From the NCBI GenBank assembly GCA_029938635.1, contig JAOZUQ010000004.1, positions 8,513 to 72,512 on the forward strand: a stretch of 64,000 nt of DNA, read 5' to 3'. This DNA is from Candidatus Aminicenantes bacterium (lineage in GTDB: Bacteria; Acidobacteriota; Aminicenantia; UBA2199). Positions 44,173-54,078 of the stretch are shown piece by piece; positions within the stretch are counted from its first letter, which is position 1; each line of letters begins with the position of its first letter. A model generated the notes under the pieces. The model saw nothing but the letters and a program-made list of their open reading frames with translations. It did not search any database and was not told the origin of the DNA. Made by a program: the position numbers and the translations under genes.

Positions 44173-46084
44173 CAAAACTGATCTGATATATTATATTTTT
44201 GCGTCACTGGCCTTAGTACTATCATTTTATATTATTGTATTTCACATAGGTTTTATATTTCTTCCTGTTACTTTCCTGATTGCAGGAGCTGCAATATCAT
44301 TACTTCCGGGTGGGAACGGGTTGAAAGTTTTCTTTTTTCTACTCCCTCTGATCAATTCTCTTCCTGCACTATTTTTTAACGGTTATCCATTCAATCTGAT
44401 GGCGATCGTTTTATTCTTTCTGGCGGGTGTGGTCGCAGGATCATTACTGAAGGGTGTTAATCCCGGTTTTAAAGATTTCAACTGGGCATCTTCTTACCTT
44501 ATATTCCTATCGATCTTATGGATATCATTTGTTTTTGTTTTATTAAGGTGGTCGAATATTTTTATGCCTTCCGGAGCATTTTTAGCCGATACACCTGTCG
44601 GCCCGGGAGTTCCTCAGAGCCCCAGGGTCTCTTTTGCTGTTATTTTCCCGGTCATTACAATATTTCTTTTTTCTTTGACCCCTTTTACTGCAGCTTTGAT
44701 CAGAAAATATTCCTTGAAAAAAGAACAGATATTCAGACTGATCATCTTCGGGTATTCCTTTTCTTTTCTCATTGCTTTGTATCAGAAATTAATTGATAAA
44801 GGGTTCCTGTCCCTTGTATGGTGGGGGGAAAAATTGAATCGGTACAATGGGGGATTCTCAGATTTTAACGGGTTCGGGTTCTTCGGAGGAGTCCTGTTTC
44901 TATACTCCTCTCTGGCATTAATGAACTCTCCTGATGATGGAGCAGGGAAATGGTTTGGCAGAAACCGTACTTTTTTGATTTTTGCTGCTCATATTTCTTT
45001 CTTCGGAATAGTTTTATCCGGAAGCCGCACTGCGTTTATTTTTGTGATCTTTGCATTTATATATTTGATGTTCAGTAGAGTAAAGAACACCATAAAGATT
45101 ATAATTCCTTCATTGTTTATCGTTATACTGCTTTTTTCCGGAGGAGAACTAGTAAAAAGACTGGAAAAAGCATTTGATTCTCCCAGTATTGGTAAAGGGA
45201 ATACGCGTTTTATAAAAGTCATTGATGGTTTTTCAAACGGAAGAGTCCGGATGGTTGAAACCTCCATACAGATAGTTAAAAAATACCCGGTTTCGGGTAT
45301 TGGAGCAGGCAATTTCATTTTTCATCTGAAATTTCTGAAACATGGAGAAAAATTTCTTGAAGACCTTCCACTTAACCAATACCTCCTTTTCCTGGACGAA
45401 ATTGGAGTTATCGGCCTTTTATCTTTCCTGCTTTTTATTTTTATTATAATAAGGGGGAGATATAAGGATATGTATTTCAAGATGCTTATGGTTGTTTTAC
45501 TTGTTATGCTTGTCGGTAATTCTTTATGGCTGCCTGAAATATTTATCCTGTTCTGGATACTTGTTATATCTGTAACGGGGCCTCCAGAACTTAAACAATT
45601 TGATATAAAGAAGTTTAAACCTGTTATATATTTATTGTTAATAATTTTTGTTCTATCAAATATCGTTTCTTTTAATTCTCTTCACCCGTCAAAACTAATG
45701 TCAATTCGGGGACTCCCGTATGACTTTGGTTTCTGGACGGAATCTGCTAATTCAGGATTCCGCTGGACAAAGACTAATGCAGGGGTGTTATTGGAGATAG
45801 ATGAGAGCGGAGTTTGCGGCCCTATAAAATTTTTCTGTGGAGCTCCTCTTGGTAATATTCCAGGAAAAATTCAAATTTTAAAGATATTTAAAAATGGTAA
45901 GCCTGCAGGTACAAAGAGTTTTAATTCAAATGAAGAACACCTGTTTTATATTAAAGGTGAACCAGGAGAAAAGTTCTTTCTCGGAGTTGAAGTTGATCCT
46001 GCTTTTAATTTGAAAAAAATGGGTATTAGCCCGGAATCGAGAGATCTTGGCGTTCAGTTCTTTCCTGTTGCTGATGAGCTGTGA
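44162..46084 (+). CDS. O-antigen-ligase-family (Wzy_C) membrane protein with a ~190-aa C-terminal extracytoplasmic domain. Candidate polymerase or O-oligosaccharyltransferase.
   Basis: 640 aa, about 12 TM. SGSRTAFIFVIF loop block typical of the Wzy_C/WaaL family. Hydrophilic C-terminal ~190 aa. Confidence 0.45.
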   Translation: MHINKTDLIYYIFASLALVLSFYIIVFHIGFIFLPVTFLIAGAAISLLPGGNGLKVFFFLLPLINSLPALFFNGYPFNLMAIVLFFLAGVVAGSLLKGVNPGFKDFNWASSYLIFLSILWISFVFVLLRWSNIFMPSGAFLADTPVGPGVPQSPRVSFAVIFPVITIFLFSLTPFTAALIRKYSLKKEQIFRLIIFGYSFSFLIALYQKLIDKGFLSLVWWGEKLNRYNGGFSDFNGFGFFGGVLFLYSSLALMNSPDDGAGKWFGRNRTFLIFAAHISFFGIVLSGSRTAFIFVIFAFIYLMFSRVKNTIKIIIPSLFIVILLFSGGELVKRLEKAFDSPSIGKGNTRFIKVIDGFSNGRVRMVETSIQIVKKYPVSGIGAGNFIFHLKFLKHGEKFLEDLPLNQYLLFLDEIGVIGLLSFLLFIFIIIRGRYKDMYFKMLMVVLLVMLVGNSLWLPEIFILFWILVISVTGPPELKQFDIKKFKPVIYLLLIIFVLSNIVSFNSLHPSKLMSIRGLPYDFGFWTESANSGFRWTKTNAGVLLEIDESGVCGPIKFFCGAPLGNIPGKIQILKIFKNGKPAGTKSFNSNEEHLFYIKGEPGEKFFLGVEVDPAFNLKKMGISPESRDLGVQFFPVADEL

Positions 46085-46257
46085 GAACTCCTGTCTATCT
46101 TTACATTAAAGGCACATCCGCCAGTAAATGCTGATATTAATGTGAATACTCCCAGAAATCCGACCCAGTTCCTGTAGTAGATCCCGAGCCCGATAGCCAG
46201 TAGTGAAAGTGCTATTCTTGTATATTTTATAATTGGATTTGTATTACATGCTTTCAT
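46054..46257 (-). CDS. Small membrane protein, DUF2892/YgaP-TM-like.
   Basis: 67 aa. RIALSLLAIGLGIYYRNWVGFLGVFTLISAFTGGCAF matches the G…L…G…W…G…TG.C pattern of DUF2892. Convergent, overlapping the last ~30 nt of the preceding gene. Confidence 0.3.
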   Translation of the reverse strand: MKACNTNPIIKYTRIALSLLAIGLGIYYRNWVGFLGVFTLISAFTGGCAFNVKIDRSSHSSSATGKN

Positions 46258-46320
46258 AATTATTAATTATATTTCAACCAGGCTTAGAAATCAATATGGT
46301 TTATATGATGTGATTGTATG

Positions 46321-48069
46321 TTATTTGGTGAACTTAATTTTAAGTTCCTCCAATTGTTTTTCCGAAACTGTGGACGGGGAACCGGTCAGCAGGCAGAGAG
46401 ATGAAGTGGTCTTCGGGAATGATATAACTTCTCTGATCGATTCCTCTCCGGTCAGAAGCATAATTATCCTGTCCATACCCAGTGCTATTCCAAGATGGGG
46501 TGGTGCCCCGAATTTCAGAGCATTGATGAAAAATCCGAATTTTTCATCGATCTCCTCTTCGGAGAGCTTTAATAATCTGAAGATCTTTTTTTGAAGGTCT
46601 ATATTGTTGATCCTCCTGCTGCCGCCACCGATCTCTACTCCGTTCAGGACCAGGTCATATGCGATCGAGTTTACTTTAAGAGGATCGGAATCAAGGAGGC
46701 CGATCTCATCGAGTTTTGGTGATGTGAATGGATGATGGTTGGAGTCAAACCTCTGTTCGTCTTCATTATAGAAGAACAATGGGAAATCCACTACCCATAA
46801 AAATTCAAGTTTATCTTTATCTATCATATCTTTGCCAAGATATTCTCTCAGCCTTCCCGTGAGGCTCAATGCCTGCTCTTTCTTGCCTCCTATCAGGAAA
46901 ACAATATCACTCTCCCCGACAGATTCGGCTTTAAAGAATTTTTCTATGGACGAGCTGTCAATTTTTAAAGAAGATTTGAACCCCTCTTCACCTTTTTTCA
47001 TCCATATGGCTCCTGCTCCACCCAATTCTCTTATATACTCGTTTATATTATCGAGTCTTTTTCTGGAGTATCCTGATCCATTTTCAAGCACGAGACCTTT
47101 TACAACATCTCCTTTACTTAAAATTGAGTCAAGAATATTTGATCCCAGTGATCCCGAGTTTGATGTAAAGTCCCTGATCTCAAGAGGAATTCTCAGATCA
47201 GGTTTGTCGGAACCGTATTTTTCCATTACCTCTTCATAAGTTTTTATAAGAAACTTACCTCTGATATCTTTTCCATTGATAGAAAAAATATTTTTTATCA
47301 TACCTTCGATGATTTCAAAAAGCTCTTCAGGCTCACCAAAGCTCATCTCTATATCGATCTGGGTAAATTCCGGTTGTCTGTCTGCTCTGAGATCTTCATC
47401 CCTGAAGCATTTTACTATCTGATAATACCTTTCAAATCCGGATATCATCAATAATTGTTTGAACAGCTGCGGGGATTGAGGAAGAGCGAACATTTTCCCT
47501 TTGTAAATTCTGGAGGGGACCAGATAATCACGGGCTCCTTCCGGTGTGGCTTTAGTAAGCATGGGTGTTTCAATATCAAGAAATCCCTTTGAGTTCAGAT
47601 AATTTCTGACATTAAGATTAACTTCACTTCTGATCCTGAAATTTTTCTGGAGTTTACTATTCCTGAGATCAAGATATCTATACCTGAACCTGAGTTCTTC
47701 AGAAACATCATCATTGTTTTCGGGGAAGAATGGTGGGAGTTCTGATGAATTCAGAATAGTGATATCTTCCGCAATTAATTCGATATTGCCTGTAAACATT
47801 TCAGGGTTCGGATTAGATCTTTTTATCACCTTCCCCTTCACTGCGATGACATATTCATTGTTGATCTCCCTGATCAATTCCTTTTCAGCAAAGTTTTCAT
47901 TGATGACGATCTGAAGTATTCCCTCTCTGTCTCTGAGATCGATAAATGTAAGTCCGCCAAGTTCCCTTTTTTTATTAACCCATCCGTAAACTATAATTTC
48001 TTTGTCGAGATATTTCTCGTTTATTTGTCCGCAATATAGATCTCTCTTTAGCAATTTTTCTTCAGCCAT
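46321..48069 (-). CDS. aspS: Aspartyl-tRNA synthetase.
   Basis: 582 aa. N-terminal OB-fold anticodon-binding region (…IIVYGWVNKKRELGGLTFIDLRDREGILQIV…), class II motifs, and an insertion domain. Typical bacterial AspRS. Confidence 0.9.
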   Translation of the reverse strand: MAEEKLLKRDLYCGQINEKYLDKEIIVYGWVNKKRELGGLTFIDLRDREGILQIVINENFAEKELIREINNEYVIAVKGKVIKRSNPNPEMFTGNIELIAEDITILNSSELPPFFPENNDDVSEELRFRYRYLDLRNSKLQKNFRIRSEVNLNVRNYLNSKGFLDIETPMLTKATPEGARDYLVPSRIYKGKMFALPQSPQLFKQLLMISGFERYYQIVKCFRDEDLRADRQPEFTQIDIEMSFGEPEELFEIIEGMIKNIFSINGKDIRGKFLIKTYEEVMEKYGSDKPDLRIPLEIRDFTSNSGSLGSNILDSILSKGDVVKGLVLENGSGYSRKRLDNINEYIRELGGAGAIWMKKGEEGFKSSLKIDSSSIEKFFKAESVGESDIVFLIGGKKEQALSLTGRLREYLGKDMIDKDKLEFLWVVDFPLFFYNEDEQRFDSNHHPFTSPKLDEIGLLDSDPLKVNSIAYDLVLNGVEIGGGSRRINNIDLQKKIFRLLKLSEEEIDEKFGFFINALKFGAPPHLGIALGMDRIIMLLTGEESIREVISFPKTTSSLCLLTGSPSTVSEKQLEELKIKFTK

Positions 48070-49298
48070 TTGTCCAGGTCCTCCCTTCCTATTTTGATCT
48101 GTTCTCTCGTTTGCATATTTTTTATCGAAATTTCATTATTTGCAATTTCATCTTCTGCAAGGATCAGTGTGAAATCTGCACCCAGTTTTATCCCTTTCTG
48201 AAGTTGTTTGCCAAATTTTTTTGATGAATAATCCTGGTAAATTATATAACCTTTCTTCCTTAATTGATTTGAAAGTTTGAAAGCTTCGGCCATTGCATCG
48301 TCTCCCTGATAAGCAATGAACAATTTCTTTGTATTATCAGAAGGGGGAGTATCCATATTGAGAAGAATTCTTTCAATGCCTCCCGAGAATCCTATTCCGG
48401 GCAGGTCCTGCCCTCCGAGTTCTTTTACAAGATTGTTATATCTTCCTCCGCCGAGAATGGCATTCTGGGCACCCAGCTTTGAAGATGTAATTTCAAAAGC
48501 AGTTTTTGTGTAATAGTCCAGCCCCCTTACCAGTTTCTTATTTTCAGTGAAATCCATCCCGAGCAATTGAAGATTGTTCTTTACTTCTTTGTAGTGTGAA
48601 CTGCAATCTTCACAAAGGTGATCTGTGATATTAGGCAGGTTATCAGCGAGGGATATACATGATTCGACCTTGCAGTCAAAAATTCTCAATGGATTGGTGT
48701 CTATCTTTCTCTGACAATCGGTGCAGAAATGTTCTTTGTTTTTTTTTGCTTCAATTGTCAGCTTTTCAAGGTAACCGGGCCTGCAGTCGGAACATCCTAC
48801 AGAGTTAATATAAAGTTTCATGTCGGTTACATTAATTGTATGTAAAAAATCAAGTGCAGAAAAAATTACTTCAGCATCAACATAAGGAGAATTATCTCCA
48901 AACACTTCAACACCGAATTGATGGAATTGTCTATATCGTCCTTTCTGAGGTTTGTCATATCTGAACATTGGGCCGATATAATAAAATCTGTGCGGGAAGA
49001 GCTCATTCATGAGATTGTGTTCGATCAAAGACCTGACAACAGAGGCCGTGTTCTCCGGGCGGAGTGTCATACTCCTTCCGGCCTTGTCTTCAAATGTGTA
49101 CATCTCTTTCTGAACAACTTCAGTTTCGTTTCCTATCCCTCTTGAGAACAGTTCACTTCTCTCGAATATGGGAGTTCTGATCTCTTTATAGTTGAACAGA
49201 GTGAAGTATTTTCTTATACGATCTTCAAAATATTGCCATTTTTCAATTTCAGGAGAATAGATATCTTTTGTTCCCTTCGGTGCATTTAATTTATTCAT
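48048..49298 (-). CDS. hisS: Histidyl-tRNA synthetase.
   Basis: 416 aa. Class II motif 1/2 region (…YYIGPMFRYDKPQKGRYRQFHQFGVE…) and a C-terminal anticodon-binding domain. 22-nt overlap with aspS. Confidence 0.9.
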   Translation of the reverse strand: MNKLNAPKGTKDIYSPEIEKWQYFEDRIRKYFTLFNYKEIRTPIFERSELFSRGIGNETEVVQKEMYTFEDKAGRSMTLRPENTASVVRSLIEHNLMNELFPHRFYYIGPMFRYDKPQKGRYRQFHQFGVEVFGDNSPYVDAEVIFSALDFLHTINVTDMKLYINSVGCSDCRPGYLEKLTIEAKKNKEHFCTDCQRKIDTNPLRIFDCKVESCISLADNLPNITDHLCEDCSSHYKEVKNNLQLLGMDFTENKKLVRGLDYYTKTAFEITSSKLGAQNAILGGGRYNNLVKELGGQDLPGIGFSGGIERILLNMDTPPSDNTKKLFIAYQGDDAMAEAFKLSNQLRKKGYIIYQDYSSKKFGKQLQKGIKLGADFTLILAEDEIANNEISIKNMQTREQIKIGREDLDKWLKKNC

Positions 49299-50878
49299 AG
49301 GTACCCCAATGATTTTAATATATCTTGATGTATCCTTTTCCTCTTTCCGATCTTACCCTTTGTTGCAGTTATGGATCTTGAGATACTGAGGATAGATTTT
49401 AATAATTTTGATCTTGAATTTGCGGAAATGTTCTTGTTGTTGGTAATAGTGCCTGAAGGGTCATTTTCCAGATCGATGTATTCTGTTCTGTTTTCTGATC
49501 TCCCGGGATAGAATATTATCTGGTTGGGATATTCGATCACTGAGAATGCATCGAAATATGCTTCGGGAGAGAATGTTTCCAATATGAGTTTTCTATCACC
49601 TTTTGAAGATATAACAGAGCTACCCTGCATGAATTCAGGTTTCTTTATTCCTGCCATTTCAAGGATTGTCGGCGCTATGTTCAGATTGGATGTCAGATCG
49701 CTCCTTATCTCTCCTTTTTTGATCCCCTTTCCATATAAAATAAATGGCACATGTGAATATATCTTATTCAGATAATGGATGTGGCCGTAATTGTCAAGGT
49801 ATTCTCCAAACCCTTCACCATGATCTCCTACCACCATAATAATTGATCTGTTGAGGATTTTTTCTTTTTTCAGAAAATTAATAAGCTCTCCGATCTGATG
49901 ATCCAGATATTTTACACTTTCCAGATATAGTTTCTTCTTACTGCTGTTGTCCTCATTAAGAGAGTATAAAAAGCTGAGATTCATTCTTGCAAGTTTCCCG
50001 CTATTATTAATGATTGTAAAAACAGATTCAAGGTCCTCCGAAAAGTAATCTTTCGATTTATTTCCCTTCAAACGCAAGTTGCCGGGATAAATAACTTTAA
50101 TGTTCTCCGTGTCCTCCGGTTCAAAGATGAGATCCGAATAGGTAACACCGGTAATGGTTAATCCGGGGTTACTATCTATCTGTGATGCAGTCTTTGATAT
50201 GAACTTTATTTTTGTCTCACCGGGCTTAAGTTCGATACTCTTTTTCACAAGAGGATAAAGGCTGTTGCTGATCGAAAATATATTAGTACTTTCTGACCAT
50301 ATCTCAAATTTACCGTCAAAATAGGGAGGAAAATATGGTTCGTGAGGATCAGAATAATGGGCCCATATAAATGATCTTTCGCTTTTCATATCTTTTATCA
50401 GGGGGAAAAGGTCCCGGTTAACTTCTTCTGCTGATTTTGTCCATACGGATGGTGAAAAATTTTCAATATACTTATCAAACCCCCTGTCCAGGCCAAAATC
50501 GGTTTTAAGGACTCCGAGTGAAATTACTGCTGCTGTCCTGAATCCGTTTTTTTTCATTAATTGTGTCAGGGATGGATGCCGGGAGTTGTTAACCTGCCCG
50601 TTATTATATAACCGGAGATCATGGGGATATTGTGAATAGAACATTGAAGTGTGTGAAGGGAGAGTGATCGGAATGACCGAATAGCAATTTTTGAAAGTTG
50701 TTCCTCCGGATGAAAGTGACGCAATATTAGGTGTGTCAGTGTTCCTGGTGCTGTAATTAACAGCATCAGCTCTCATCGTATCAATTGTTATGAGAAATAT
50801 GTGCGAGGCCTTGCTGTTTTTGCATCCGGTTAATAAGAGAATTAGTGTAAGAACAATTATCAGCTTTATGAACTTCAT
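49295..50878 (-). CDS. Sulfatase/alkaline-phosphatase superfamily lipoprotein, Thr-type, embedded in a housekeeping operon.
   Basis: 527 aa. Lipobox LLTGC. FLITIDTMRADAVN and VVGDHGEGFGEYLDNYGHIHY blocks. Active-site position I-T-L-P-S-H. Ends ...ILKSLGYL. 4-bp overlaps with hisS and the HIT gene. Confidence 0.6.
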   Translation of the reverse strand: MKFIKLIIVLTLILLLTGCKNSKASHIFLITIDTMRADAVNYSTRNTDTPNIASLSSGGTTFKNCYSVIPITLPSHTSMFYSQYPHDLRLYNNGQVNNSRHPSLTQLMKKNGFRTAAVISLGVLKTDFGLDRGFDKYIENFSPSVWTKSAEEVNRDLFPLIKDMKSERSFIWAHYSDPHEPYFPPYFDGKFEIWSESTNIFSISNSLYPLVKKSIELKPGETKIKFISKTASQIDSNPGLTITGVTYSDLIFEPEDTENIKVIYPGNLRLKGNKSKDYFSEDLESVFTIINNSGKLARMNLSFLYSLNEDNSSKKKLYLESVKYLDHQIGELINFLKKEKILNRSIIMVVGDHGEGFGEYLDNYGHIHYLNKIYSHVPFILYGKGIKKGEIRSDLTSNLNIAPTILEMAGIKKPEFMQGSSVISSKGDRKLILETFSPEAYFDAFSVIEYPNQIIFYPGRSENRTEYIDLENDPSGTITNNKNISANSRSKLLKSILSISRSITATKGKIGKRKRIHQDILKSLGYL

Positions 50879-51354
50879 TTGCTGAAACCTTCTTTCATTT
50901 TCTCATAAACATGGTAAATATCATAAGATACTACTTTAGTGTCACCTATCACACCCATATAGTTGGCATCACCGTTCCACCTGGGGACGACATGAAGGTG
51001 GGTGTGTTCTTTGATCCCTGCTCCTGCCGCTCCGCCTATATTCATCCCGATATTGAATCCGTCGGGGGAGAAATTTTTTTTCAGTATACTTATTGCTCTG
51101 TTCATCAAATCCCATAATTCAGTGGAAGATTCCGGAGATATCTTTTCCGGGGAATTGATGTGATCGTAAGGAACTATCATAAGGTGTCCTGAACTATAAG
51201 GATATTTGTTCAATATCACAAAAAATTCATCACCCAGATAACAGATCAGAGAATCCCTGCTCAGATCTTTCGGGATTTTACAGAATATACAGCCTTTTTG
51301 TTTGCCAGAACTGGAAATAAAATCCCATCTCCACGGTGCTGACAGAAATTTCAT
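50875..51354 (-). CDS. HIT-family nucleotide hydrolase/transferase.
   Basis: 159 aa. Histidine triad EHTHLHVVPRW (HxHxHxx) and an upstream CIFC zinc-ribbon-like motif. Confidence 0.7.
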   Translation of the reverse strand: MKFLSAPWRWDFISSSGKQKGCIFCKIPKDLSRDSLICYLGDEFFVILNKYPYSSGHLMIVPYDHINSPEKISPESSTELWDLMNRAISILKKNFSPDGFNIGMNIGGAAGAGIKEHTHLHVVPRWNGDANYMGVIGDTKVVSYDIYHVYEKMKEGFSK

Positions 51355-53063
51355 TTCTTTTTGTCTAGTGCACTCTCAAAGAGATCTCCTACGGTAGTAA
51401 CCGATTCACTTTCGGACTTGCCATATTTTTCAAGATCCTCTTTATCTTTCTTTCTTTTCAATTCTCTGAAACTCAGATAGACTCTTTTCCTGGTTCTGTC
51501 AGTAGATTGGACAACCACTTCATATTCCGTACCTGTCAGGAATTTTTCTTTAGCTTCTTCAAAAGTGATCTTTTTTTCATCTAACTCGCCAAGCCGGATG
51601 AAACCTTCAACAAATTCACTTATCTCACATCTGATCCCTGTTTCAGTAACAGCTTTGACCTTAACCTTAATTTTGTTACCGGGCCTATTTGTAGCAAAAA
51701 ATTCATTCCACTTATCTTCATGAAGCTGTTTGTATCCAAGCTTTACTTTATAGTTCATGTCAAGATCATCACTGATGATCATTGCTTTGATTGTTTCTTT
51801 TTCTTTGAGGTAATCTTCAGGTGAGTCAATTCTAAAATAGCATATGTCAGATATTTTGATCACACCTTCTATCCCCTTTTCAAGCTCAACAAATACACGT
51901 GATTTGATTATCTTTTTAACAAGGCCTTCAACAATTTCACCCTTGTTATGATTTTCCATATATTTGAGCTCCGGCCTCATTCCGAGCTGTTTCAAGCCGA
52001 GCTTGATCCTTCTCTCTTCCGGGTTAAGCTCTATTACCTGAACCCACATCCTTTCTCCTACTCCCACATATTCTTCTACGGATTTTGGTTTCCCTTCCCA
52101 GGTAAGGTCTGATATGTGAAGTAATCCTTCAACACCCTCTTCGAGTTCGATGAAAGCTCCGAAATCTACAGTTTTCATGACTTTTGCCTCAAGGCGATGT
52201 CCTACGGGATATTTATCTTTAATATTAATCCATGGATCCTGATATTTTTGTTTCAGTCCGAGAGATACTTTGTTGTTCTCTTTATCAATGCTGAGAACTT
52301 TTACTTCCAGTTCATCATCTTTTCTCAGTTTTTCCTTAGGATGGTTAACTCTGCTGTAAGAGATATTATCCTTATGAAGAAGTCCGTCAATGGCTCCAAT
52401 ATTAACAAAAGCACCGTAATCTTCTATTCTGGTGACGACTCCTTTCAATAAGTCGCCTTCTTTTAGAGTGGAAAAGAGGATTTCCAGTTCCTTTGATCTC
52501 TCTTCCTCCATGAGGATTCTTCTTGATAATACTCCGGATTTTTCTTTAGGATTGAGCTTTACAACCTTGAAATCAAATTTCTTCCCGACAAGGCTGTTAG
52601 GATTTTTTATTTTTCTGATATCTGCCTGTGTCATAGGCAGGAACATTTCAGCCCCTGCATCAACTTTAAAACCTCTGCCATCAATGGAAACATTCAAGAT
52701 CCTTCCGGGAATTGTTGAATTGTTATCATAAGCATCTGAGATCTTTTTCCACCCTTCAGCCCGATCCACATTCTTTTTTGAAACAATAAGATATCCCTGT
52801 TTCATGTTTACATTCTGGCATACAACGGTTACGCTATCTCCTATCTTATGGTTGAAGTTCCCTTCCCAGTCGAGAAGTTCTTCTTTATTTAATATCCCTT
52901 CTGTTTTCTGCCCGATATCCACTATAACATTATTATCAATAATATCGATGATAACCCCTTCAACATGACTGCTTTGTTTGATCGATTTGAGACTATATTC
53001 CTCCATCAGTTGGGAAAAATCTTCATTTTCCTGTTGGTCCTTTTTCTCTTTATTCTCATCCAT
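51351..53063 (-). CDS. rpsA: 30S ribosomal protein S1.
   Basis: 570 aa with six consecutive S1 (OB-fold) repeats (…GxxVxGxVxxIxxxGAFVxI… recurring). Sits directly downstream of ispH, as in many bacteria. Confidence 0.8.
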   Translation of the reverse strand: MDENKEKKDQQENEDFSQLMEEYSLKSIKQSSHVEGVIIDIIDNNVIVDIGQKTEGILNKEELLDWEGNFNHKIGDSVTVVCQNVNMKQGYLIVSKKNVDRAEGWKKISDAYDNNSTIPGRILNVSIDGRGFKVDAGAEMFLPMTQADIRKIKNPNSLVGKKFDFKVVKLNPKEKSGVLSRRILMEEERSKELEILFSTLKEGDLLKGVVTRIEDYGAFVNIGAIDGLLHKDNISYSRVNHPKEKLRKDDELEVKVLSIDKENNKVSLGLKQKYQDPWINIKDKYPVGHRLEAKVMKTVDFGAFIELEEGVEGLLHISDLTWEGKPKSVEEYVGVGERMWVQVIELNPEERRIKLGLKQLGMRPELKYMENHNKGEIVEGLVKKIIKSRVFVELEKGIEGVIKISDICYFRIDSPEDYLKEKETIKAMIISDDLDMNYKVKLGYKQLHEDKWNEFFATNRPGNKIKVKVKAVTETGIRCEISEFVEGFIRLGELDEKKITFEEAKEKFLTGTEYEVVVQSTDRTRKRVYLSFRELKRKKDKEDLEKYGKSESESVTTVGDLFESALDKKK

Positions 53064-53064
53064 T

Positions 53065-53925
53065 TTAACTCTCCTTTTCTGTTTTAAAATTTCTGAAGAA
53101 AACCTTTACATCCTCGATCTCTTCCGGTGGGGTAGATGCCCCTGCAGTTATACCAACAGAATTAAAGCTCTTATATCTGATTTCTAATTCAGGATCTCTT
53201 AATTCTCTGCTGTTTTCTATATGAAAGGTATTTTCATTTATTTTTTTTGAAATATTATACAATTTTTTTGTATTTGAAGAATTTTTTCCTCCAATAACAA
53301 TTACAAAATCAACTTTCGGGGCAAGTTTTTTTACTGCTTCCTGCCTTTCTATTGTTGCGCTGCAGATCGTGTTGAATATCTCAACATGCTCTACACGGCT
53401 GACGATCTCACACATCATCATTTTAAAGAAGCCCGAATCAAGGGTTGTCTGAGCAACAACAGTTACAGGTTCTTCATGTTTTAAAACACTTAATTCTTCT
53501 ATGGAGTTTACTACCAGGCTATTTTCGGCATAGCTTCTTATCGCCATGATCTCCGGGTGATCCTTGTTGCCAATTATTAAGATTTTATTTTTTGACAGAT
53601 TAATTTTTTCAATTATTCTGTGTATCTTCTTCACAAGGGGGCAGGTTGCATCTACATAAAAGATATCTTTCTCTTTAAGTAATTCTTCATCACTTTTTAA
53701 TATTCCGTGAGTTCTAATAATTAGTTTCTTCTTCTTATTTATACATTTCAGGTCATCAATGTAGTTGATACCTTTCTTCTTGAGATTGTTTAGAACTGTA
53801 TTGTTGTGGATGAGCTGTCCGTAAATTTCAATGCTCTCATTACTTTCATGAAGTCGATCAATTATATTCAAGGCCCTTTTCACTCCAAAACAAAATCCAG
53901 CCTCATCAGCTGTATAGATTTTCAT
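53065..53925 (-). CDS. ispH: 4-hydroxy-3-methylbut-2-enyl diphosphate reductase.
   Basis: 286 aa. N-terminal GFCFGVKRA Cys-ligand motif, with further conserved Cys and His residues of LytB/IspH. Confidence 0.85.
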   Translation of the reverse strand: MKIYTADEAGFCFGVKRALNIIDRLHESNESIEIYGQLIHNNTVLNNLKKKGINYIDDLKCINKKKKLIIRTHGILKSDEELLKEKDIFYVDATCPLVKKIHRIIEKINLSKNKILIIGNKDHPEIMAIRSYAENSLVVNSIEELSVLKHEEPVTVVAQTTLDSGFFKMMMCEIVSRVEHVEIFNTICSATIERQEAVKKLAPKVDFVIVIGGKNSSNTKKLYNISKKINENTFHIENSRELRDPELEIRYKSFNSVGITAGASTPPEEIEDVKVFFRNFKTEKES

Positions 53926-54078
53926 AGATTATTAAGCGATATAATAAACTATATTGTCAGTTTTGTCAATTTCAAACAGTAGTTTGATGCTGTGTCATGG
54001 GGAAGAAGTATGAATGGAATAATTGACAAATAGTTAAGAGTTGAATTATTTATTTCTTAATATTATTATAATACCAAT

